A stretch of DNA of 64,000 nt from an uncultured Bacteroidales bacterium (GCA_963703935.1 CAVPGA010000005.1:528139-592138), one strand, 5' to 3'; positions 12,246 through 21,890 are shown, counted from the stretch's first letter. Translations and numbers: made by a program. Notes: generated by a model not told the origin, from the sequence alone.

Positions 12246-12410
12246 TGAGGGAGGATTGCTCGCTTCGCCCTCCTACGCCAAAGGCTTCGGCGGGCAAAGC
12301 TCGCGATCCTTTCGGGTGGTGCTTAACAACGAAAAATCCCTGTCTCGCCTTCGGCTCGACTGAGGTCTTTTTGTTTTAGTCCCTTATAAAAGCAAGCTTT
12401 TAACGGGGCT

Positions 12411-12450
12411 AAAACAAAAACCCCTCACCGCTTCGCGGCAAGGGATTTTT
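12411..12450 (-). terminator. Bidirectional Rho-independent-type terminator between the tRNA and the repeat array
   Basis: The stem is CCCCTCACCGC-ttc-GCGGCAAGGG (4 bp + 2x2 internal loop + 4 bp). It is flanked by aaaacaaaaa on one side and atttttc on the other, so a U-run follows the hairpin on either strand. It lies directly 3' of the minus-strand tRNA. Confidence 0.6.
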
Positions 12451-12455
12451 CTTTG

Positions 12456-12527
<72 letters not shown>

Positions 12528-12538
12528 ATATTGAGGTG

Positions 12539-12568
12539 CAAAGTTAATACTTCATACTCAAATACCAA
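12539..12568 (-). promoter_or_regulatory. Bacteroidota-type promoter (TTG-N19-TAACTTTG) for the initiator tRNA
   Basis: On the minus strand, TTG (12568-12566), a 19-nt spacer and TAACTTTG (12546-12539) match the -33 TTG / -7 TAnnTTTG consensus. The motif ends 11 nt upstream of tRNA position 1. Confidence 0.5.
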
Positions 12569-12675
12569 AAGAATCAAGCATTTTTTTACAATATTGGTTA
12601 CATTTGGAGGTCTTGTGAAAGTGCCAGGTTTTCCGTAAATTTACATACTATTGTAAAAAAGGCTGGTGAAAGGTC

Positions 12676-12700
12676 GCAGTTGGCAGTTGGCAGTTGGCAA
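12676..12700. repeat. Left inverted-repeat arm: (GCAGTTGG)x3 + CAA
   Basis: The sequence is gcagttggcagttggcagttggcaa. The 19-nt stretch ggcagttggcagttggcaa (12682-12700) is the exact reverse complement of 13171-13189. Confidence 0.9.
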
Positions 12701-12745
12701 AAAAACAAGGACATAAGCTCATAAAAAATATACAAGGATTGGATT

Positions 12746-13126
12746 ATGTTTGGCACTTTCAGGGATTTGACTGTTTACAAAAAAGCATTTGCATTTGCCA
12801 TGAGGATATTTGAAATCACAAAAAAATTTCCTCACGGGGAGAAATTCGAACTGACCGATCAGATAAGGAGATCTTCACGGTCTGTTTGCCGGGCAATTGG
12901 TGAGGGCTATAGGAAACGCCAATATCCAAGGCATTTTTCAGCTAAAATAAGCGATGCTGATATGGAGAATACCGAAACACAGGTTTCCCTTGATTTCGCA
13001 GAAAGTTGTAAATACATTTCCGTCAAAGAGTATAAAGAACTTATTATTGAATCTGAAGAAGTTGGCCGAATGCTTAATCATATGATTGAAAATCCTGAAA
13101 AATATCGTCCGAGAAACCAAATCTAA
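12746..13126 (+). CDS. Four-helix-bundle protein (23S rRNA intervening-sequence protein / Avd-like family)
   Basis: The ORF is an intact 126 aa. The pattern L.VYKKAFAF...I..ITKKFP..EKF.L.DQIRRSSRSV...IGEGY.K....F...I..A..E..ET...L....C.YI...EYKEL....EEVGRML..MI matches the family as I remember it (TIGR02436-type). Confidence 0.75.
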   Translation: MFGTFRDLTVYKKAFAFAMRIFEITKKFPHGEKFELTDQIRRSSRSVCRAIGEGYRKRQYPRHFSAKISDADMENTETQVSLDFAESCKYISVKEYKELIIESEEVGRMLNHMIENPEKYRPRNQI

Positions 13127-13138
13127 TCATATAACTTT

Positions 13139-13189
13139 TTGCCAACTGCTGTTTGCCAACTGCCCTGCTGTTGCCAACTGCCAACTGCC
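13139..13189. repeat. Right inverted-repeat arm: several copies of TTGCCAACTGC
   Basis: The sequence is ttgccaactgctgtttgccaactgccctgctgttgccaactgccaactgcc. The last 19 nt are the reverse complement of 12682-12700. Confidence 0.9.
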
Positions 13190-13261
13190 TACTTTCATAA
13201 GTACTATGCAATATTGAGAATATGAATTAATTTTGTCTATTAATTAAAATCAACCAAACCC

Positions 13262-13645
13262 ATGCCACGAGTATTCAAAGCCACTGACATTGAAAATGAG
13301 GAAAAAGAATTAAAACGCGACTATCTCGACAGACATATGCCTCATGTTATTTGTCCCGACCAGGTGAAACGCGGCGAGAAATTTGCAGTTAAAGTAAGGC
13401 TCGGGGAGGAATATCCTCACCCTGATGAACATGATCACTTCATCAGCGTGATTCAGCTGTGGAACAGGGAGACATTGCTTGCCGAAGCACGATATACTGC
13501 CGGAGTTTATGGAAACCTGCCATCACATGTTGAAATCGATTTCTATATCGTCGCTCCTGAAGTATCGATGAACCTGTCAGCAATGTCAGTCTGTTCAAAA
13601 CACGGACTCTGGCAGAGCGAGGACAAGCCGGTGAAAGTCGTTTAA
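13262..13645 (+). CDS. Superoxide reductase-like protein (desulfoferrodoxin ferrous-iron-binding domain family)
   Basis: The ORF is an intact 127 aa. The candidate Fe ligands are in the expected order: RHMPHV, YPHPDEHDHFI and C-SK-HGLW near the C-terminus (compare CNxHGxW in SORs). Confidence 0.65.
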   Translation: MPRVFKATDIENEEKELKRDYLDRHMPHVICPDQVKRGEKFAVKVRLGEEYPHPDEHDHFISVIQLWNRETLLAEARYTAGVYGNLPSHVEIDFYIVAPEVSMNLSAMSVCSKHGLWQSEDKPVKVV

Positions 13646-13732
13646 GTGGCGGGTAATTTTACTCTTTTTAACGCCGTTCATTAATTGAATGTCGGAGGAT
13701 TGTTATCTTTGCAGGCACACATTATATATAAT

Positions 13733-14598
13733 ATGCCAAAGAACGATAAGAAAAAAAGGACACTGGCGCGATAAATACAGGTTTTCTGTCAGTAATGACA
13801 CTACCTTTGAAGAAGTATGGAGGATCAGGCTTACCAAATACAATGCTTTTCTTCTGATTACGTTCCTAGTGTTTTTTATAATTGGCGCTACAACATTACT
13901 TATAGCTTTCACAAACCTGCGGGAGTTTATCCCGGGATATCCCGATGTAACCATGAGACGCAATATTCTTATCAGCGCTATACGTCTTGATTCGCTCGAA
14001 AGGGAACTTGGCCTGAGGGATAAGTACTTTTACAATCTGAATGCAATTATTTCAGGGAAAGAGCCTGTTGATATTTATTCTGTTATGGATACAACAAGGA
14101 ATTACAAATCTATAAGTTTTCAGTAATTCTCCTGAGGATTCAGCCCTGAGATCACAGGTTGAAAAGGAAGACCAGTATAATCTTTCGCTGGGTCAGACAT
14201 ACCCTGAGCCGGTAACAAGCCTGGCAGGACTGCATTTCTTCCCTCCTGTAAAAGGAATTGTCTCCGGGAAATTTGATCCTCGCACAAAGCATTTCGGAAC
14301 TGACATGGTTACAAAACCAAAATCAACTGTTAATGCCGCCCTTGATGGTACTGTAATCTTTACCGGATGGACAATGGAAACAGGATTTGTTATTGAAGTT
14401 CAGCACTCCAATAATATTGTTTCTGTATATAAGCATAATGCAAGTCTTCTGAAAGAGACCGGAGATCTGGTCCGGACAGGTGAAGCAATTTCTGTTGTTG
14501 GTGATTCAGGTGAACTGTATACATCAGGACCTCATCTCCATTTTGAGATATGGTACAAAGGAAGTCCGCTTGATCCTGAAAAACATATTATTTTCTAA
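13733..14598 (+). CDS. M23-family metallopeptidase with N-terminal membrane anchor, frameshifted in this assembly
   Basis: The C-terminal block is GTVIFTGW...GFVIEVQHSNNIVSVYKHN...GDSGELYTSGPHLHFEIWYKGSPLDP (LytM/M23). There is a TM segment AFLLITFLVFFIIGATTLLIAF. ATG at 13733 joins the long frame through a 1-nt length change in the A7 run at 13751-13757. A second frame change lies near 14120. Confidence 0.8.
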
Positions 14599-14613
14599 AA
14601 TCGGAAAAACGGT

Positions 14614-15783
14614 ATGCCAAAAAGAATTGCATTGTTGGGATCAACCGGATCAATAGGCACTCAGACACTGGATGTAATTTCCAGGTTTCCCTGTGAATTC
14701 AAGGTTGAAGTTCTGACTGCCGGAAATAATATAAAACTTCTCGCACAACAGGCAAAAAAATTTCTTCCTGATTCTGTCGTTATTGGAAATAAGTCACATT
14801 ATCCCCAGTTAAAGGAAGAACTTAAAGATTACCCATGTTAAAGTACTATGCAGGTGATGATGCCATTGAACAGGTAGTGACAGGTTCCAATATTGACCTT
14901 GTCATTGCTGCAATGGTTGGATATTCAGGACTGAGACCTACAGTTGCAGCAATTAAAGCCGGTAAAAAAATTGCCCTTGCCAATAAGGAGACACTTGTTG
15001 TTGCCGGGGAGATAATAAAAAAACTTGTTAAGGAATCAGGAAGCCGGATTATTCCTGTTGATTCAGAACATTCTGCAATCTTTCAATGTCTTGCCGGAGA
15101 ATCCGGAAATCCGATTGAAAAAATAACTCTGACAGCCTCAGGAGGTCCTTTTCTTAATTTTACACGGAGAGATGCTGAGAATGTCAAACCTTATGAAGCA
15201 CTTAAACATCCAAACTGGGATATGGGAAATAAGGTCACAATCGATTCAGCTTCACTAATGAACAAAGGACTTGAGGTGATTGAAGCAAAATGGCTTTTTG
15301 ATCTCGATCCCGATCAGATAAAAGTTAGTGATACATCCCCAGTCGATAATCCATTCAATTGTCCATTTTGCTGATGGTTCAGTTAAAGCACAGCTGGGAA
15401 TGCCCGATATGAGGATTCCGATTCTGTATGCACTTACCTATCCCGACAGATTCACTTCCGATCTTCCACAGCTTGACCTTAGCCTCTACCAGACACTTAC
15501 TTTTTGCGATCCGGATATAAAAAGATTCCGTAACCTTTCCCTTGCATATGACGCCCTTAAACAGGGTGGCAATATGCCCTGTATAATGAATGCAGCAAAT
15601 GAAGTTGCAGTAAATGCATTTCTTGCCGGGAAGATCGGATTTCTGCAGATGTCTGATGTTGTTGAATATACAATGGAAAAAACGGAATATTTTCCAGTCT
15701 CCGGGTCTTGGATTCCTTGAAACAACTGATATTAACGCCCGGGAAATTGCATTAAACTATATTAACAAACTACATAAGAAATG
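14614..15783 (+). CDS. dxr: 1-deoxy-D-xylulose-5-phosphate reductoisomerase, frameshifted in this assembly
   Basis: Motifs seen are [33 protein letters not shown] and [31 protein letters not shown]. The pieces are 14614-14841, 14835-15374 and 15328-15720, plus a last piece ending NYINKLHKK-stop at 15783. Confidence 0.9.
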
Positions 15784-17119
15784 ATGACAATACTAATTAA
15801 AATACTTCAGTTTATTTTGAGCCTTTCAATTCTTGTAATAATACATGAATTCGGACATTTTATTCTTGCCAAGCTATTTAAAACAAGAGTTGAAAAATTC
15901 TACCTCTTTTTTGATCCCTGGTTTTCACTTTTCAAAATTAAAAAAGGTGAAACAGAATATGGAATGGGATGGCTGCCTCTGGGCGGATATGTAAAGATCT
16001 CAGGGATGATCGATGAATCGATGGACAAGGAACAGATGAAACAACCTCCGCAGCCATGGGAATTCAGGTCAAAGACTTCATGGCAGCGACTTCTTATTAT
16101 GACAGGCAGGAGTGATTTTCAACTTTATTTCTGCAATGCTGATCTATGTTTTGGTACTGTATGCCTGGGGCGAAACTTATCTGCCGACTTCCAATGTTAA
16201 ATATGGTATTGTTACCGACTCTGTCGGATATTCAATTGGATTAAGAAACGGAGATAAGATTCTTTCTGTCGATAATCAGAATATTGAAAATTTTGTCCAG
16301 ATCACCACCGATATTGTCTTGAATGACCGTAAAACAATCCAGGTTGACAGGAACGGAGAAGTATTGAATATTAACGATTCCAACCGAGCTATGTTCCAAA
16401 GATGCTTAAGGGGAAAGGACAGATTGAACCAAGGACTCCTTTCGGACCTTATGTAATATCAGGCTTTGGGAAAGAATCTCCGGCAAAAGCTGCCGGATTG
16501 CTTGCCGGTGATGAACTGACTTGGACTTGACGGACTAAGGTTCACCTGGTATGATGAATTTCAGAAATATCTTGCCGAGAACAAGACCAGGTCAATGTCT
16601 GTGAATGTCCTGCGCAAGGGAGAAAATGTTGATATTCCGGTAATACCGACTACAGAAGGATTTCTTGGAATATTGAGTTCAAGATCGTATGACAAGATAT
16701 TTGACCTGAAAACAATAAAATACGGTTTCCTCGAATCAATTCCTGCCGGTATTGCAAAAGGATTCAAAACAATTGGAGATTACCTGAAGCAATTCAAGCT
16801 GCTTTTCTCAAAGCATACAAAAGCTTATGAATCGCTCGGAGGATTTATTACAATCGGAAGCATTTTTCCCGGGGTTTGGGACTGGCAGTCCTTCTGGAAC
16901 CTGACTGCCTTTCTTTCAATAATCCTGGCAGTGATGAATATTCTTCCTATTCCGGCTCTCGACGGCGGACATGTCATGTTCCTTCTGTATGAGGTAGTTA
17001 CCGGGAGAAAACCAAGTGATAAGTTCCTTGAATATGCACAGATTGCAGGAATGGTAATTCTTTTCGCACTGCTTATCTTTGCAAACGGGAATGATATATT
17101 GAGGCTGATAAGGAAGTAG
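15781..17119 (+). CDS. rseP: RIP site-2 metalloprotease RseP, frameshifted in this assembly
   Basis: There is an HEFGHF (HExxH) motif in the first TM region, a PDZ-like middle part, and a C-terminal NILPIPALDGGH motif. The colinear pieces are 15781-16200, 16112-16456 and 16595-17119. Confidence 0.85.
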
Positions 17120-17335
17120 ACGGAAGTCGGAAGACGGAAGTCTTAAGTGAATTAAGTCACTTAAAGAGCACTCTGAAGCAGAAGGGGACGGGAGTAGTAC
17201 TTGCGAACGAGTTAAGAGTCTGAGCTAATGAAGACTTGGCAGGACGGGGGTGAGTACGTGTGAAGACTAAGACCGAAGACCGAAGAAGGAAGGAAGGGAG
17301 AGTGGAAGAAGTTAAAACTGGGACTTCGGTCTGAA
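17120..17335. repeat. Intergenic cluster of short tandem and palindromic words
   Basis: acggaagtcggaagacggaagtc follows the rseP stop directly. Other elements are the palindrome TTAAGTGA-attaag-TCACTTAA, gaagactaagaccgaagaccgaagaagg, and GAC-ttcg-GTC. Confidence 0.7.
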
Positions 17336-17355
17336 AATATTATTCAGCTTCTGAT

Positions 17356-17385
17356 TTGTAAATAATCAAAGTATTTTTAACTTTG
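17356..17385 (+). promoter_or_regulatory. Bacteroidota-type promoter (TTG-N19-TAACTTTG) upstream of tatA
   Basis: TTG is at 17356-17358, followed by a 19-nt spacer and TAACTTTG at 17378-17385. The tatA ATG is at 17409. Confidence 0.55.
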
Positions 17386-17408
17386 CAGAAAATCAAATAC
17401 TAAAAGAG

Positions 17409-17567
17409 ATGGGAAAGATAGGTTTAACTGAGATAATACTGATTTTGCTTGTTGTTGTACTTCTTTTCGGAGGCCGTAAAATTCCTGAATTAATGAAAGG
17501 TATTGGTCAGGGTATGAAAGAATTCAAAAAGGCTTCGAAGGTTGATTCTGAAAGTGACCCGAAATAA
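17409..17567 (+). CDS. tatA: Twin-arginine translocase subunit TatA/E
   Basis: A 52-aa ORF not in the track (below 60 aa): [52 protein letters not shown]. It has the TM helix, the FGG.K.PEL hinge and the amphipathic helix typical of TatA. Confidence 0.85.
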   Translation: MGKIGLTEIILILLVVVLLFGGRKIPELMKGIGQGMKEFKKASKVDSESDPK

Positions 17568-17613
17568 ATCTCAGGGAAAGCAAATTCTAATTCAAGGATA
17601 TTTAAAGTGTACG

Positions 17614-17636
17614 GGCTGGTAAAACAGCCTTTTTTC
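17614..17636 (+). terminator. Rho-independent terminator after tatA
   Basis: GGCTG-gtaaaa-CAGCC followed by TTTTTT. Confidence 0.6.
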
Positions 17637-17887
17637 ATTCAGACTTTGCCGATGAGGGCGGGAGGGCAACCCGGAACCACCCCGGCCGGGAAAGTAAATT
17701 GTAAACCTCTCAAAAATCTATAGTCCCGGCCACCCCTCCTTGCAAAAAGGAGGGGAAAGTTATCAAACTTAAATTCAGTACTTTACATTCTGTTTTGGGT
17801 CAAATTCGTTCCCTATTTCCCTGTTCGAAGCCAAATTTAAACCTGCTTGTTGTGCCATTACGACCTTGGATTCGCGTACAGATCTGG

Positions 17888-18977
17888 TTATGAAACAGGT
17901 TCGTATTTCTGATTTCTTCTTTCAGGATCAAATCCTGCCTCCCTTATTATCGACTGCATCTCATCAGCATCAAAACGGTTATTTGCCCCTGCAGCACTTA
18001 CAACATTCTCTTCAATCATTATCGATCCAAGATCATTTGCACCGGCATGAAGTGACAGCATAGCAATTTCCTTACCGACAGTGAGCAACGAAGCCTGTAT
18101 ATTCTTAATATTATTCAGCATGATCCTGCTTATGGCGATCAGGCGTATGTAATCAGGTCCGTTATACCTGCTTTTTATTCCAAACTTCTCCGAAAGAACT
18201 GTCCCTTCATCCTGAAATGGCCAGGGTATAAATGTTATAAATCCATAATGTTCCTTATGTTTTTCAGCCTGAAGATCCCTGATCTTTATAAGATGTTCAA
18301 TCCTCTCTGCAATTGTTTCAACATGTCCGTACATCATTGTTGCCGATGTGGGCAGATTAAGCTTGTGAGCTTCTCTCATCACTCCAAGCCACTCCCCGGC
18401 AGTAGCTTTGGCAGGTGAAACTATTTTCCTGACCCTGTCGGACAGAATTTCAGCACCTGCACCCGGAAGACTGTCCAGCCCTGCTTCCATAAGCCTGGTA
18501 AGCACATCATAATATGACAGTTTTTCTTTTTTTGAAAGATAAACAATCTCAGGCGGGCCAAGTGCATGAAGTTTCAGTCCGGGATATAACTCCTTGAGTT
18601 TTCTGAAGAGATCTGAATAGAAATCGAGTCCGAGATCCGGATTCATGCCCCCCTGAAGCAGAAGCTGATCACCTCCAAGGGAAATCAGTTCATCAATCTT
18701 TCTCATATAGTCATCAATTGAAGTAACATATGCATCGGGAGAACCTTTTTTCCTGCAGAAATTACAGAACGAACACTGCGAAAAACAGATATTTGTGATA
18801 TTCACATTTCTGTCGATCATCCATCCGGCATACTTCCCCGGATTATGGATCTGCCGGAGCTTGCCTGCAACGAACATCAGCTCTTCGAGAGGGGCATTTT
18901 CATAAAGAAAAACTCCTTCATCCGTATCAAGAGGCAATAAGGTTCAGAGCTCTGGTATATAGCTTATTAAGTTCCAA
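17888..18977 (-). CDS. Futalosine-pathway radical SAM enzyme (MqnC/MqnE, CofH-like family)
   Basis: The radical SAM cluster is CFSQCSFCNF. Flanking blocks are NVNITNIC, GGDQLLLQGGMNPDL, KLHALGPPEI and GAEILSDRVR. The likely N-terminus (LELNKLYTRALNLIA) is one frame off just upstream of 18937. MqnC and MqnE cannot be distinguished by eye. Confidence 0.7.
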
Positions 18978-19020
18978 TTATTTTAAGTCTTTTCTTGTTT
19001 AAAATACAAAGTAATTAAGA

Positions 19021-19152
19021 ACTTACACAGAGTTCCACTGACCTGCCTGCCGGTAGGCAGGGATGTCACAGAGTCCACAGAGTTTGTGACTAATCGTGCT
19101 CATTATCCCCTCTGTGGAACTCAGTGATACCTCTGTGCTCCTCAGTGTAAGT
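19021..19152. repeat. 132-bp composite palindromic element with 12-bp terminal inverted repeats
   Basis: The ends are ACTTACACAGAG (19021-19032) and CTCAGTGTAAGT (19141-19152), which match 11/12 as inverted repeats. Internally there is CCTGCCTGCC-ggt-AGGCAGG, plus cacagag/ctctgtg words with GAGTTCCAC/GTGGAACTC pairing. Confidence 0.7.
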
Positions 19153-19309
19153 TTTTATAATTGTTGCTCTTCAAATTCGAAATTTATAAAGAAAAAAGAG
19201 TTATAAAGTAATTCGCAAAGTAAAGCATAATCGCAAAGGTAACTCTTTGGACACTAACCAATCAATAATTTAATTAACTTTACATCTTTTAATTCTGACA
19301 ATAAAATCT

Positions 19310-20775
19310 ATGAAACCAGAACTAATCAGAATATCACAAATATCTCCTGATCAATCTGTTGTATGTATCATTGGGAAAGACAAGATCCCGGAAAGCCTGA
19401 TGCTCAGCAAAACCGAAAAGGAGTATGCATAAAAGGACAGATAGCTGCGAAAGAAGAGTATGTAATTATCAACTCGTACTTTAAGAGTACATACCTTATC
19501 AGAACAAAGGAAGGTGTTCCGGATTACAAAATCAAAGGAGGAACTGAGAAAGACAGCTTCAAATCTAAGAAACTTATAAAATCGAATAATCATTCCGAAC
19601 TTGTAATTACCTCTGATAATGCATTATAAAGGAGCTGTTGAAGATTTTACTGAAGGACTGCTTCTAAGCTTCTACTCGTTCGACAAATACAAGACACGAA
19701 AGGAAAAGGGTGAGAAAAAGAATTTACCCGTCAAAACTTCTGTTGCATGGGGATATTGAAGATAAAGATCTGAACTGGCTAATTGATCTTACAGATGCTG
19801 TTTACTTTATCCGCGATCTTATAAATGAACCGGTTAACCATCTTAATGCCACCATGCTTGTCGGAAGAGATCAAGAAGATGGGAAATATTGCCGGCTTCA
19901 GGGTTGAAGTTCTGAATAAGGGAAAGATAGAAGCACTTGAAAATGGGTGGTCTGCTGGCTGTCAATAAGGGAAGTGTTGATCCTCCGGTATTCTGCATTC
20001 TTGAATGGAAGCCTGAAAATCATCTTGAACAGCGAATCCTGTTGTTCTGGTCGGCAAAGGAATTGTTTATGATACCGGAGGACTGAATATCAAGACCGGT
20101 GATTATATGGACAATATGAAAGGTGATATGGCCGGAGCAGCAACGGTTACAGGGGTTTTATATACAATTGCCAAAACCGGAATTCCTCTTCATGTAATAG
20201 GCCTTGTTCCCTCAACTGATAACCGTCCGGGAGGAAATGCCTACACCCAGGGTGATATTATCACAATGTACAACAAAATGACTGTTGAAGTTGGCAATAC
20301 TGATGCTGAAGGAAGACTTATCCTGGCGGATGCAATCAGCTATGCATCAAAATTTAAGCCTGAACTTATTATTGATATTGCAACTCTTACCGGTTCAGCA
20401 GCCATGACATTTGGAAACCAGGCAATTGCAGTAATGACCAATGCCGACAGAAAATATTTCAATCTTCTTGAAGAATGCGGCAATGATGTTTATGAAAGAA
20501 TAGCCGAACTTCCTTTCTGGGAGGAATATGGTGAAATGATAAAATCTGATATTGCTGATATTAAAAATATTGGAGGCAGGGAAGCAGGAGCTATTACAGC
20601 CGGTAAATTTCTTGAAAAATTTGCAGAATATCCCCTTATCCATCTGGATATTGCCGGAACCGGGATACTGAAAAAGGATGATTTTTACAGACTGAAGGAT
20701 GGACCCGGTTCAGGATTAAGATTGCTGTCAACATTTCTAAAGAGGCTTGCAGCAGATTATATGATAAAGAAATGA
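19310..20775 (+). CDS. pepA: Leucyl aminopeptidase (M17 family), frameshifted in this assembly
   Basis: The C-terminal ORF 20107-20775 carries MKGDMAGAA and NTDAEGRLILADA (M17 active site). The upstream pieces from ATG 19310 are colinear but cross several frames. Confidence 0.85.
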
Positions 20776-20782
20776 CATTGTT

Positions 20783-21841
20783 ATGGAAAAAAAAACAATA
20801 ATTGCAGGAATCTCACACGGAGATATTAATGGCATCGGATATGAGGTTATCATTAAAGCTCTGATGGATACCGATGATGAATGATATTTGCATCCCAGTT
20901 GTATATGGATCACCCAAAGTGGCAGCATATCATCGTAAAGCTTTGAATATTAATAATTTCAGTTTTAATAATATCAGATCAGCTGAAGAAGCTCATGCCA
21001 AAAAGGCAAATATGATAAATTGCCTTGATGATAATATCAGGGTTGAGCTTGGAAAATCAACACCCCAGGGAGGTGAAGCAGCACTTGATTTCTCTCGAAA
21101 AAGCTGTTGAGGATCTGTAAAAGCGGTAAGATAGATGTTCTGATTACAGCACCAATTGATAAACATAATATTCAATCGGAGAAATTTCATTTTAACGGAC
21201 ATACTGAGTATCTTAAATCAAAAGCAGGAGCAGAGGATGTTCTGATGTTCATGATAGGAGAAAGCATGAGAATTGGTATTGCAACAGGACATGTACCTCT
21301 CAGCAAAGTTCCGGAACTGATAACAGTTGACCTTCTTATCAGCAAAATCAGACTGATGAATCAATCTCTTATCTTCGATTTTGGAATACGCAAACCACGA
21401 ATTGCAGTTCTTGGACTTAATCCTCATGCCGGCGATAATTCACTGCTGGGAAGAGAAGAAGCTGAAATAATTATTCCTGCAATTCAGCAGGCTGTAAAAG
21501 AGGGGATACTGGCATTCGGACCTTTCCCGGCTGATGGATTTTTCGGAGCAGGATCATTTTCAAAATTTGACGGTATTCTTGCAATGTATCACGATCAGGG
21601 TCTTGCTCCGTTTAAAGCATTGTCATTTGATACAGGAGTTAATTTTACTGCAGGATTGCCATTCATCAGAACATCCCCTGTTCATGGAACTGCTTTTCAG
21701 ATTGCCGGAAAGGGAGAAGCTTCTGAAAACTCATTCCGCCAGGCTATTTATCTTGCCTGCGATATTTTCAGAAACAGGCAGATGTATTCTGAAATAACCA
21801 AGAATCCTCTTAAACATCAGGATATTGAAATCTCATACTGA
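20783..21841 (+). CDS. pdxA: 4-hydroxythreonine-4-phosphate dehydrogenase, frameshifted in this assembly
   Basis: The N-terminus is MEKKTIIAGISHGDINGIGYEVIIKAL. Later motifs are GHTEYL, LGLNPHAGD, AMYHDQGLAPFK and RTSPVHGTAF. Confidence 0.85.
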
Positions 21842-21890
21842 CAGGGTTGATGAACTTCCTCCTGATATTTTTAATCCTGAACAGTCAATT

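Larger units (their letters stand above)
10634..12410. repeat. Tandem array of four ~422-483 bp units, each containing a 249-nt hairpin-rich core
   Basis: The anchor ggcttttcaacactttacaac occurs at 10672, 11095, 11517 and 12000, giving periods of 423, 422 and 483. The cores are identical in length and differ at two positions only. The spacers are built from REP-like gaggatt...gatcc modules plus a GC hairpin and T-run. Confidence 0.9.

Noticed and set aside
10559-12297. Four minus-strand ORFs of 98-130 aa (MSQKVTLFYVHFFLFVQKETNQRKRAPEMTTSAFFGKMPYAS...) that look like a tandemly duplicated small-protein family.
   Set aside because: They are read straight through long perfect palindromes, so the same sequence also gives ORF-like strings on the other strand. 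Their starts and ends fall in variable REP-like spacers and their composition is not protein-like. The only two differences between copies are both non-synonymous. I treat them as translation artefacts of a structured repeat.
10634-12410. CRISPR array or integron cassette array as an explanation for the tandem units.
   Set aside because: The period is about 422-483 bp with nearly identical long units and no short repeat / unique spacer alternation, and there are no cas genes. For attC sites I looked for RYYYAAC...GTTRRRY pairs. Only direct copies of GCTTAAC/CTTTTAAC are present rather than an inverted pair, and there is no integrase.
12746-13126. The four-helix-bundle protein as the Avd component of a diversity-generating retroelement.
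   Set aside because: Avd proteins belong to this fold family. However, there is no reverse transcriptase ORF and no template/variable repeat pair with adenine-specific differences anywhere nearby in the window.
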